A stretch of DNA of 64,000 bases from Coniocarpon cinnabarinum. Lineage: Eukaryota. The position numbers were made by a program, and so were the translations under genes. The DNA is taken from contig JAVECO010000051.1 in NCBI GenBank assembly GCA_051942205.1, positions 62,001 to 126,000 on the forward strand, in the 5' to 3' direction. The notes beneath the pieces were generated by a model. The model worked only from the letters and a program-made list of their open reading frames with translations, had not been told where the DNA came from and ran no database searches. Of this stretch, positions 48,573 through 60,057 are shown one piece after another (positions within the stretch are counted from its first letter, which is position 1; each line of letters begins with the position of its first letter).

Positions 48573-48881
48573 TCACACTAATGAGAAGCCTGGGAAGCAG
48601 CATGGCTTCTTCAAAGAACACCACCAGTCACGGGAATGGAGATCAGGCTCATGATCCTTGTCGCTTCCCAGTTGTTTCGTCAACCCCGCAGCTTCAGACT
48701 CTGCGCATAGATAGCAATCGAATGTTGACTCCTCCACAAAAGTGTATGGAGATAGATCCCGGGGGCAGATCTCCAATCGATCAGGGTTTTCCATACAGTA
48801 AATGGTGTCGACTTGGTAAGCGACACCGATCGGCCTTCCGCACGAACGACACACCAGCTGTTTGTAGATAGCTTGACACAT
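48573..48881 (-). CDS. Small cysteine-rich protein (102 aa), MC-x8-C family member 1
   Basis: ATG in gaaATG context; MCQAIYKQLVCRSC..IYC..ICP..DCYLC; shares Cys spacing with the ORFs at 50911 and 52500. Confidence 0.6.
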   Translation of the reverse strand: MCQAIYKQLVCRSCGRPIGVAYQVDTIYCMENPDRLEICPRDLSPYTFVEESTFDCYLCAESEAAGLTKQLGSDKDHEPDLHSRDWWCSLKKPCCFPGFSLV

Positions 48882-50517
48882 TTCGCTGAGCCTCAATTCA
48901 CGGGCGGTTTCGGAGACCTCCAACGTATTAGAAAGCATTCTTTGTGGTCTTCAATACCTGACTCACTTTTCCACTGGATTTCAGTCTAACGATACAGAAT
49001 ATCTGCAGTGACCTGCACAAGCCACGTTGGCTCGAGTTTGGCCAGGGATGCTGGACGAGCGTCAGAGTGGTCGACATGATTGCCACGCGCCAGAACGTAT
49101 GGCGAGAGATCACTCACTAATTCTATAGGCCGTTTCAGTCTACTAGATCATTGAGCGACTTTTCGAACAAGGCAAAGCCGGGCTACGGACCTTAATTATA
49201 ATTATGTGTACTCAGTATGGCCAACTGACGCCTATCACCCAGAACTTAGTGGTTGATTGGACCAGTATGGGAAGAAGGAGTGGGCATGGACAAGACTGCC
49301 ATGATGGTAAATCATGCAAGAGAAAACAGGTTCCTCCGTAGGACAAGAAACCCAACCATAACAAACGCAGGTCTCACTCTCACAAACTACTGACTCTCCA
49401 GCTATGGCGACGAAGTGAGGCCCCTCGTCAACGCTAGATTGTCCCTCAAAGGATGTACAATGCTCCGTCAGTCAAGTGGCGAACTCTGCAGCCAAAGTCT
49501 ACGTTGGGGATATGTCTTCGTCGGGTCCTTGTTGCTCTCCATCTGCAACCGTGCACAATGATCACAAAGTCTTGTCTCATGATGATGCAGGTGGAGCATT
49601 GGTGTCGAACGGACACCTGTACAGGATCCTTAATTTTTGCGCGAGCACTCCAAGTCTTTTCCGGGCTTAATGTCTGAGATCTTTGTATCGCAGTCTCTGC
49701 AGATGATCTGATGTTGCGTATGCCAGCACATTCTGTTGAGCCGACTAGGAAGACAGTTGCGTGTGTCAGAGGCCAGGACACTGCAAGCAGCCGCCTAATG
49801 TGAGCACAGCGTCGATGGGTCAAATTGATAAGAGTCGACACACCAGGAAACTAGATCGTGATTATGAATGCAAGTAAGCCGATTTTACCGAAATACGAAG
49901 GTGGCCACGGGTTACCTATCGCATGGATTTCTTGGTAGTGTCAATTTCTATCTTAGTCTTTATTGAAGAAAAATCTTGAAGAAGTAGGTTGCTGACTATA
50001 AGAAAGAGAAGCAGAAAGCTTGGAAATTTGCCACAGATGCTACGAAAATGCCAATGAGAAAGAGGTCAGTGACGTCCTCCGACCTCGTTTGTGTTGCCCA
50101 GTAGCCTGCGACGCTGACTTGCCACTTGGATGCGCATGACGCCTCAATTACCACAGACACGGACTGCGCGAGCCCCCGAGGCGAGTAACGATACTCATTT
50201 GCATACCGACTGACGTCAGGCAATCGCAGTGAGTTGCACATGGCTGCGTCTGTATGCTTCATAATCTGAGACAGATCTTCGGCACGCAGAGACCAAATTG
50301 TGAGGGTGCCTGGAGAGTCTGTTTGACTTCGTTTACGTCGAACGCCTGTCAGCTGCCTGTGCTCTTCCTTTTTATGGAGCCGTCAAGTCATTCAAGGGAT
50401 CATGTTTTGGACTGCCCTAATCGTAGAGTAGAAAGTTCTGCAAACCCGTCTACCTGCGAGACGGACGCTTACCAGCGCTTTGAACGTCGACTCGCCAGTC
50501 AAGCAAACGGTGCATGC

Positions 50518-50732
50518 GGCTGAGTAAGGAAGCGGATAAGTAGGCCGCCCACTGATGGAATATGATCATTGTTCGAGGCATCAATGAAACAGCAATCAAG
50601 AGGATGATGCAAGAAATCACGCCTTTCTAGGGGCTGAGTAAAGTAGCGGATAAACGAGCCGAGCGCTGGTGAAACAAGATGATCAGTCAAGGCGTGCGTG
50701 AAACAGCAAACAGGAAGATGATGCAAAGAGCC
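50518..50732. repeat. Diverged direct duplication, period 114 bp
   Basis: ggctgagtaaggaagcggataa..tgaaacagcaatcaagaggatgatgcaa (50518) versus ggctgagtaaagtagcggataa..tgaaacagcaaacaggaagatgatgcaa (50632). Confidence 0.85.
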
Positions 50733-50910
50733 AGTCTCTGTTCGGAAAGTAAAGGAATCAATTGTGTAGTGCACCCTGCACATTGATGCTGTGCCAGCTA
50801 ATGAACGTCATTCCGTTGTCGGAGGAGTAACAATAGAAGAACGCGCTACGCAATCCACGCCCAGATCCATACCCATTATTACGCCTTACGGTCGGTAGCG
50901 ACAAAAAGCA

Positions 50911-51264
50911 TCACCATTCAAAGATCTTCCGGGCGTTGGGGTCGGCCTCGTAATCCTTCTTCCACCCAAGCCAATCTGGACTGTACACTGTGCCAGCTGA
51001 GCTTGAGTTGCTAACGACTATTTTGCCTTCCTGGCAGTCTTTGCAAGGGCTCTTCAGTGGTACATCGAACGCGGCTCTTCCGTTTGAATCCCAGTTTGGG
51101 CAGCTCTGGCAATCCAAACCTGGATTGTTTTCTTGCCTTTTGCGCTCACTAAAGGCAACGCATTCGTAGATACCGCGTCGGATGTTGGTTATCTCGCCGT
51201 GCCAATTGCAGTGATATTTGTCTTTGTTGGGGCAGTATGGACGTTCACATGAAGGACAACACAT
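50911..51264 (-). CDS. Small cysteine-rich protein (117 aa), MC-x8-C family member 2
   Basis: aatcATG context; MCCPSCERPYCPNK..CNWHGE..YEC..CPNWD..CKDC; clear paralogue of 52500-52772. Confidence 0.7.
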   Translation of the reverse strand: MCCPSCERPYCPNKDKYHCNWHGEITNIRRGIYECVAFSERKRQENNPGLDCQSCPNWDSNGRAAFDVPLKSPCKDCQEGKIVVSNSSSAGTVYSPDWLGWKKDYEADPNARKIFEW

Positions 51265-52499
51265 GATTGAGTGCTCGTTATAGATGCGTTCCCAAGATCG
51301 GGTGTTCTATGTCGTTCAATCACTAAGACATAAAGAGTAGTTAGCAATCGCAGTACTGAACGCTCGTCAAGCCAAAGAAGCCTACCAATTGATAGCAGTT
51401 CCTCGAAGCTTGGACAAGGACGTCTCGAGGGTGCGCAAGCACAAGCATCTCGGAAATATCTAAGCATGAGGCCCAAGCCTCGAGACTTTGTATTCTCCTG
51501 GCCGGCTTGTGTTTCAAGCATTGCCTTCTCCCAATTTTTTGATTGTTGAGCGACTCCGGTATCCCCACCAATTGGTCATTGGTACCTTTCTATGTGTAGC
51601 AGAAACGCGTTTGAGCCTCCACGCCATGTTGAATTGATTGGCGCAATGCTTTTGCCTGTCGGAATATGAATCCCAGCTTAGTCATTGTCAGTGTGTTAGT
51701 TGCAAACGCTTCTTTGTTGGGACTCGACTTCCGCGAGTATGCGAGCAATGGTGGCGGTGATTTCATCATCGACTCGACGTCGCCGGCTGTGGACCCGCAC
51801 GCTCGACAGTGAGCTGCAAGGGCACTGCATGACGACCCGCGCTCGATCAGTGCTGCGCATGCGTGTGTTCCATACGCTTATTGGCGGACAGACACGCAAA
51901 CATGCCTTTGTGAACCGAGTCAAATATCTTGCTATTTACGGGAATCGTTCAGTTTGTAAAACCATCGTAGCGGCACGTGACAGCTTATGTCGAGTATAGT
52001 GATGTCTTCAATGCCTCGTGACAGCAACTGAACGACGGCAGGGCTCTTCAATGCAATGGTTGGTAACAGTCGTAGCGTCCATGACAACCTTCAGGCATCC
52101 AGGGCGATTTCGAAACGATCTTACGCTATGCCTTGCCATGAGTTGCGCGAATTGTCTTCCGATGTCAAGTTAGATACAAAACCTGTAGAGAATTCCAAGC
52201 CAAAAAGCCCATGACGTGATTCGGAGAAGCAACGCAGCTGGAACAGGTACAATGGCAAATGAAATTCATTAAAGCTCCTCAGCATGGCTATGCTCACTAG
52301 CGCTAGATTTCAGAGACCGCTGACACTTCTGAGACCCCACTCAGGGATCTAGCACATGCTGTCGTGGTTGCAAAGGCCAACAATGTCTTGCGCTCCGACT
52401 TTGAGGCGGGCCCGGAAGAAGTCAAGCTGAGCGGTCGCCCATGACGACAATGCGAGGTATACATCGATAGTAGTGTCAATTCCTCCCGGGCTTGCTCTG

Positions 52500-52772
52500 C
52501 TAAGTGGTTCGGCGACTCTCAAAGAAACCTGGCTTTGGCTTGCATCTCCCGCATTTAGTGCTACTCTCCATGTCTTCCGCCCAGCGGTGATCAGGGTCCC
52601 AATCAGGGCAGTCTTCTGGCGTCATCGAAGGGTCTTCTTTCTTCAACTCCTCATATTTCGAACAGTATTTGTACTGGTCAAGTTCCTGAGTGTACTCCCC
52701 CATGAGCTCGTTGCATGGTGGATTGCCCCACTTATTAGGGCAATATTCGCGAAAGACCTTCGGTTGGCACAT
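52500..52772 (-). CDS. Small cysteine-rich protein (90 aa), MC-x8-C family member 3
   Basis: catcATG context; MCQPKVFREYCPNK..CNELMGE..YC..CPDWD..CGRC. Confidence 0.7.
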   Translation of the reverse strand: MCQPKVFREYCPNKWGNPPCNELMGEYTQELDQYKYCSKYEELKKEDPSMTPEDCPDWDPDHRWAEDMESSTKCGRCKPKPGFFESRRTT

Positions 52773-54136
52773 GATGATTTGAGCTGTACTTCAATCTTTG
52801 CAGTAGCGACAAGTGGTCCAAAGGAAGTTAAGTAGACTTGAGATGTTATGGTGGCTGACGATCAAGAGGCACATCAGCTTGAATGAAGCTCTTTGTGAAG
52901 ACATGCCGTCTTACCGTTCTTGAGAGGCCTCGAAGTCTCTTGCGTCACTGCTGTGTGGCTGAGAAAAGTCTTCTTCACTGCAGAAACTGTGTTTTGCAAC
53001 AACAGCAGAACTGATCATTGAGGTGGAGATCCACTTGGCTTTATATTTACAAGCCATGAGGACATCGCTGCCAAATTCTGGCTGAACGTCACCAAGCTGC
53101 CTTCAGTGTAGTTGTTCGCATGGCTTGGATATGCATGCAAGTTTGTCTTATGACATCGAGCAAACTTTCGAGTTCCCTGCATTTCTTGCGATGCACCCTT
53201 CTCGGTTTGTCTTGTTTGCTGTGACAAGGTTGATACCGGAGGGTGTATTACATTGACGCAAGTCATGACGTCTCTGATCGTTCCAAGGAGGAATTTGATG
53301 CTGAATGCTTACCCTTCTTTATCAGTCTTATACTAGGTTTCCTTCGGGCACAAAATGGTACGACGAGGTTAGTATACATACAAAGCTGCAGGTGTGTGTA
53401 ATGTGTCACTTCCTGATTAAGGTCTTCTTACCCAAACAAAGGCTTTCGAATCAAGGTCTCAATCTGCAAATGGTATTCCAAACATAAAATGCGTATCTTG
53501 GCACATGCAAGCTCCATAGATGCTCCATAGATGCTCCACTGACGTTACTGTAGTCCATAGAGGCCTGACATGCAATGAACAAATATTGTGGCTATGACTA
53601 ACTTTCTGCCGTGAACTGGGCTCGTCGCTTTCATATCTGTGTCTCTGACTGAAATGACATCGTCGAAAGACAAAGGCCCAATTTTGAAAACGTCTACAGG
53701 GCAAGTAGGGCGTGCATTTACATATTGGAGATAGGCCCGCGCCATACTCAATTGTGTAGAGACAGCAGAGGCATTGAGGGTAGAGGGATCCCGCTGCTTG
53801 GAAATTGTATTCAGACTTTACTCTCCCTGGGCAAAGTAGCCTGAGCGAAGGCGTGCTTGAAGCTCCAAGATCTCGAAGCTAGCTAGAGGGAGGCAGTTGA
53901 TATCGGTCGGTACAATTTTCAACCGCGCTAGAGAAATATCACGTGATGCAAGTTAGCGCGCTTTTGCGCTTAGCGCGCGTGTGTGTCCATTGTACCTAGC
54001 TTCGATGTCCGACGGGATTTCTATATCATAACCAGACGAACTGCAACACCTACCCAAAGACGGGCACACACCTCAGCAGTGCCCTTCTGCGCAGCGGATC
54101 AGTATCGATTGCCGAGACAATTACAAAACTCCAGCA

Positions 54137-55378
54137 ATGGCTCCAGCAGCGGCGCTAGCAAGCACTGCTTCTGCGAAGGATGTCAAAAGGGAGTCTGCGG
54201 CTTCGCGATTGACTGGAGCTGGTGAGTGTTATGTTCAGGAGCTGTAGCTTCAAGCTGACAAACATGCAGGCGCTGCGGGTGTTTCAGAACTAATCATTTT
54301 CCATCCGGTACACCATGTGGCATCTCTCATGTGAAATTTAACGCTTATATTAAAAAGGTGGACACAATCGCAAAGCGCCTCATGAGCAATCAGGGAAAGG
54401 TCGGTCGTGCATTTATGCAGCGCCTCAGTCAGTTCTGGGCTTATACTACGCAAGGTCACCTCTGTATCTGCTTTCAATAAAGTCATTTTCAGAGATACAG
54501 CCACTTCTGGACTCGGGACCCGCCTGTTGTCGCTCTTCCCCGGCTTGGGATATGCAGCAGCGTACAAGGTCAATCCCGCCTTGACAGATATTATCGTGCG
54601 ACGACTCACGCAGAACAGGTGCTTCAGCGGATTTATAAATACGGAGGCCAGCCATTTGTACGAGACTTTCTAGCGAAGAACTATGGTGATAACTTCGATC
54701 GCACCTTTGGGAAAGGAAACGGCAAAGCAATGATGTCGGCTTTCTCAGGCAGGTAAGAGGTTGACATCAAATGCACTCCATGCGCATGTGTTTACAAAGA
54801 CGTAGTCTAATAGGCGTCGGAGAGGTCGTACTGCTGCCTTTAGACGTTTTGAAGATCAAACGGCAAACGAATCCAGATGCGTTCAAAGGTCGAGGCATAT
54901 TCAAGCTCGTTGCAGACGAAGGGTTTGGTCTTTACCGTGGTTGGGGCTGGACCATGGCTCGAAACTTTCCCGGGTCTTTCGCAGTACGTAAAAAACGGTC
55001 ACCTCATTTACAGTCAGACAGCTATCTAATCACATGCTGAAGCTTTTCGGAGGCTCAGCGGCCACAAAGCAGTATCTTTTCAAACTTAACGACTACAGTC
55101 AAGCCACGTGGAGCCAAAACTTCGTTGCATCCGTCGCCGGCTCGTCTTCTTCCATCCTTGTCTCTGCGCCTCTCGATGTCATTAAAACGCGCATCCAGAA
55201 CCGAAATTTCGAGATCAAAGAGAGCGGCTTCAAGATCGTTGGCAACATGGCGCGCCAAGAGGGGCTGACGAGTTTCTTCAAAGGCTTGACACCAAAATTG
55301 CTGATGACCGGACCTAAGTTGACATTCTCTTTCTGGCTGGCTCAAACTCTAATACCCATTTTCAGCAATTATTTCTAG
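54137..55378 (+). CDS. GGC1: Mitochondrial GTP/GDP carrier
   Basis: Seven exons; ESAASRLTGA, FHPVDTIAKRLMSN, SLFPGLGYAAAYKVLQRIYKYGGQP, LLPLDVLKIKRQTNP, APLDVIKTRIQN, FFKGLTPKLL. Confidence 0.95.
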
Positions 55379-57039
55379 CATACATTTCTAGCATACATGT
55401 ACAGGCTGCTGTTTAGATTCACTGTACAAAATTACCAGCGTGGCGCTTGGGGTCAAGGACTTTGATATAATGCCTACGGCCATATTTCATAGAAGAAGGG
55501 CAATACATTAAATAGACGCATACTCATCTCAACAATCACGACCCCATCATAACCTTAAAGTGTTCACTGGAACTTGCACGGATTAACTCATCAGCTGTCC
55601 CTTGTGCTGTATAATTTGAGTGCAACAATGGTTAGGAGAAAAGATCTTGATTGGCAGAAAGCATCCACAGTCGATTCGCTTTGGGTCAGTAGGAGCGGTG
55701 CGACCGTACTCAAACTGCTCGCGGCAGGGTGCACTGAACAGATGTAACTGTTTCTGGCTTGGAAAGCGACATCTAGACATATTACAGGAAGCATGTCTCA
55801 AGGTGACTCCTTCACTAACATTTCTCACTAAGTCATCGGCCATTCGGTGAGCATGGATTTGAGAGAGCAAAGGAAAAGTCAACACAGAAGTCAAGATCTT
55901 GGTTGGGATCACTTGCCAAGGCTTGTATTGTCCCATTGCAACAAAGACCGTGCTGATGCCATGAATATGACGGCGAGGGTCATGGACAAAAGTCGCTGCC
56001 GGATTTCAGTCTGGACGCCGAGCCTGTACAATACGAAAAATTCGGGTCACAAAGCTATTAGTACAACGGCGGAAGGCCTTTACGACTCAGAAGACGTTGA
56101 GTTGAGGTGCGGGAGGTACTTTCCTACGAGGCGCTTGTGGGAAGATGGGATGTGAAAGGACACAATCATGCGCACAGGGCTTACCATCGCGTGCCTTGGT
56201 GGCCAGAGAATTACGAACAACCAATGACAGATGAGGACATCTTTGCAACAGCCAAGGAATACTAAAATAGAGAAGAGTGGGAAGCGCTTGAGCTTGATCC
56301 CTATAGACGTGCGGAAGCTTTTGGGACGCTGTTCACACGACGTGAAGATGATCCAAGTCGTATACATGTTGTTGCTAATAGATAGAGGCCATGGCGGAAC
56401 CCATTGGATGCTTTGAAAAGGATGACAGAGGTAAAGCACATGCATTTATCCAACGTAGCTGACCTTGCCTGGAAGGGGAAAGAGAAGGAACATTTCTGAG
56501 GCTGGGTCGAGCAGCTTTGCACTTGTGTATGCCTTGCGACCGCAGTCGCTTCGCGAAGGTCAGCACTCACAACACCTAGCCCCAAGCGCTGCAGCCACAG
56601 AGTCAGTCACAATACGCTTTCAAGCTGGCATACCGATCATGAGAGCATTAATATAGTGATGAATTCACAAGATCTGGCTGAAAAAGTGACGACAGACTTT
56701 TGCGCGTGACAACGGAATCGGATGGATGTCACAAGATATACATATCACCTGACATTGACTCAGTGTGAAATTCGTGATCTCCAGATCGATGGAGTTTGCC
56801 GGAATGCCATGTCATGATATTTGGAAGCCCGCCTTTCTAAACTCCAGTCGCACGTGCTGTCAGGCGTGATTGAACCCTAAACCTCACCAATTGTTAGGTA
56901 CCCATCTGCACGACAAAGACTCAGCCTCTCTTCTGCGCTCTGACAGCTTCCGTCGAGGTCACAAAGTCGCTCATTCTCGAAATCTAAGTCTCATCGGAAT
57001 CATAGCTGCTCTTACCGCACCTTTTCCACCACCGCGATC

Positions 57040-58032
57040 ATGAATCCTGAGTAGTATGTTCTCCCAACACGAAGCATAGAGGCGAACTACCAAATCAGTG
57101 TCTGTAGCAGCCGCTGACAGTGCCCTAGCGTCGCAATGATATATAGCTCGCTCGTGGAGTACTCGATCTCGTCGTGCCAGATGGATTGCTGTTCAACGTG
57201 TGACCTGGCGAGCGACTAGCTTACTTTACGGGTCCCAGATATGATTATCTCTTCAAGCTGCTTCTTATTGGAGACTCCGGCGTCGGAAAATCTTGCTTGC
57301 TCTTACGATTCGCGGATGACACATACACTGAAAGCTACATCTCCACAATTGGTGTTGACTTTGTTAGTCCCTACACTTGCAGACGTAGCTGAGCCATGCA
57401 ATCGGCTGACGCGCAAAACAGAAAATCCGCACAATCGAGCTCGATGGCAAGACGGTAAAATTGCAAATTGTGAGTCGCTTTGCTAGAATCATATTGTTTG
57501 AACAAATACTTATACACGCGGAACAGTGGGATACCGCAGGGCAAGAACGCTTCCGAACAATCACATCTTCTTACTACCGAGGGGCGCACGGTATCTGTGT
57601 TGTGTACGATGTTACGGACATGGACTCCTTCAACAATGTCAAGCAGTGGCTACAAGAGATTGATCGATATGCAACGGAGGGTGTGAACAAGTTGCTGGTG
57701 GGCAACAAGAGCGATATGACGGACAAGAAGGCTGTGGAATATGACGTCGCCAAGGTACGTGTATTTGCAGCGGAGACAACTGCATCTTCATCATCACAAT
57801 AGGGGTGTACGTGGACGCTGACGCCCCGGACCAGGAATTCGCCGACAGCCTCGGCATCCCCTTCCTAGAAACCTCCGCCAAAGATGCCTCCAACGTCGAA
57901 CAAGCCTTCTTGACAATGGCCCGCCAGATCAAAGAGCGCATGGGCGCTCAAAACGCACAACAGAACAAGCCTGGTCTCAAAGTCGGCGTGGCGAATCAAG
58001 CTCAGCAGTCTTCATCTGGCAGTTGCTGCTAG
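57040..58032 (+). CDS. YPT1: Rab1/Ypt1 small GTPase
   Basis: [63 protein letters not shown]-terminal CC. Exon 1 is 11 nt (57040-57050). Confidence 0.98.
57051..57238 (+). other. Nested spliceosomal twin intron (stwintron): internal intron 57054-57128 interrupts the external donor after nt 3
   Basis: GTA[GTATGT..GCTGAC..TAG]CGT..GCTTAC..CAG; excising the inner intron rebuilds GTACGT. Confidence 0.8.
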
Positions 58033-58546
58033 GCGAGCTCACGCACCAAATAGACTTCCGTTGCCACGAACATGTTTGTGTAGAGCTGGGTGGAATGGCT
58101 TGGAGGTTGCAAATCATGTGCTATGGTACAGGCGTTCTGAGGATTGCATGTGCCGATGTCATCATCTCTGGTTGTTGTAACTGGGCGGGTGCGAGAGAAG
58201 CCTAGGTAGCACATAGTAATGAAACCATCATGTGTCCAAGCAACATCACTTTCTGTTTGCCCTATTAACCTCCTGTTCGGCCTTGGAGTCCCATCATGCC
58301 AAGATCGCTTCTCTTGAGTACTCTTGTTAGAAGCGCAGGCATGTCATGAGCTCTTACACGCATGCCGTGGTACCATCTCCGCTACAAATGGCTTCTCGTA
58401 CTTCTTCTAGCCTCGCCACATCGGTTTCATTTTAACTCTCTCTGAGCTCTGCAGTCCGAAAAGCTCGATCTTGGTGTGCGAATGATGTATCAAACGTTCG
58501 TCTTATTCTGACTGAAACTTCTGGTCTTGGGCACATAATAGCTATA

Positions 58547-60057
58547 ATGTCACGGAGCACAGATCCCGGCCATTTCTTCCAATCCGAGTACGTCCACCCT
58601 TTTTCCAAAGTCACCTGTTCTTCCATCAATACTCTAACAATACTCTGCGGTCAGATCAGCGCTCAACGAATCCGAACGTAAAGCCCAAAAATTGACCAAC
58701 ACGCTCGGCGATCCCATCAAGTTACCCGCCAAAATCCTCTGCTTGGAGCGTCATCCCAAGAAAGTAGACCAAGTCTTTGCAGGTTGCAGCGATGGCTGTG
58801 TCAGGCTTGTGCAGTTGAGGGCGCCCGGAGCAGACGACGGCGATGTAAGCGCTCCTTTTTTGAAGACGCCTTCTGAGGTTTCTCTTCAGCAGCAAGAGCT
58901 GTAGTATCCCAGTGTGCTGATTGAACTAGACTAAGTCATTGGTAGGAGCGACGCTGCGTGGTCCTACTGGTCCTATTGCGAGTCTTGCTGTTTCTTCTCA
59001 GACGCTGTTCGCTGGGTCTTGGGACAAGGCGATTCATGCCTTTTCGTTGTCTACTCTGAGGCCATTACGGAGGTATGAAGGAGGACACACTGACTTTGTC
59101 AAGGCTGTGGCATGTGGCACTGTTGAATCTCCAGTCACTGGCAGTGACCCCAACACAGACGGATCTACTGCGCAGACTGGTAATGAAACGGAACTGTTAA
59201 TCTCCGCTGGTGCAGACGGCTATGTAGTCGTATGGAACGCAGGGAATGGTGAGAAGTTGCATATCCTGCGAGGTCACACGCGCGGGGTATTAGATCTGGC
59301 TATTCAGCCTCAGTTTGATGCGACAGGTAAAGTGCGAGACGTGACTGATGAGCTTATTGTCTGGAGCGCGGACAGCGCGAGAGGGATAAGGCGATGGGCC
59401 ATCTTTCCTACTTCTGCAAAGTCACTCCCATTCTCCGCCACCACAGGCAATGAAGAAGGAGCGGCACAGCAAGAGATGCAACATGAACTTTTAGTTCACG
59501 AAACGAGCGTTAATTGCTTGCGTTTTTCGGTACCTTTGCAGGGCGCGGATAGGCAAATGCTGCATCTAACGACCGCGTCATCCGACAAGTCCGCTGCGCT
59601 CTTCACACTCCAGGCAAGCGAAAAGGACGCTCAGCCAATCGAGCAAATACGTTTCGAGCACCCCGACTTCGTTCGTGATGCCCTTCTCCTGCCTGGCACC
59701 TCATTATTAGCAACCGCATGCCGCGACGAGAAAATCCGATATTGGGATGTCGAAGGCAGCGATGAGCCTGACGTGGTCTTTGACGGTCACTTTGAAGAAG
59801 TCACAGCTTTGTGTTTGGCTACTCGAGATGGTGAAGATGTGCTGGTGAGCGCAAGTATTGATGGGACTTTAAGGACTTGGCCAGTAAGTCGTGAAGGAGT
59901 CGACAAATGGGTTAGAGAAACTGAGGCTAGGAAGAAGGGCGGTGCCGATGCTGAAGAGAGGAGTAGGGATGACGAAGATGAACGTGGCAAGAAAGTGGAG
60001 TTGACTGAAGAGGAGGAAAGGGAGTTGGCGGAGTTGATGGAAGACGATGACGACTGA
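58547..60057 (+). CDS. WD40-repeat protein
   Basis: ATG 58547 (MSRSTDPGHFFQ), two introns; LFAGSWDKAI, GHTDFVKAV, LRGHTRGV, HPDFVR, GHFEEVT, SASIDGTLRTW; acidic tail LTEEEERELAELMEDDDD. Confidence 0.88.

Noticed and set aside
55371..55398. 13-bp duplication ATTTCTAGCATAC at the GGC1 stop; similar short duplications near 53511 and 20157, and (CAA)6 at 29662
   Set aside because: Ordinary slippage repeats with no sign of transposon ends or function.
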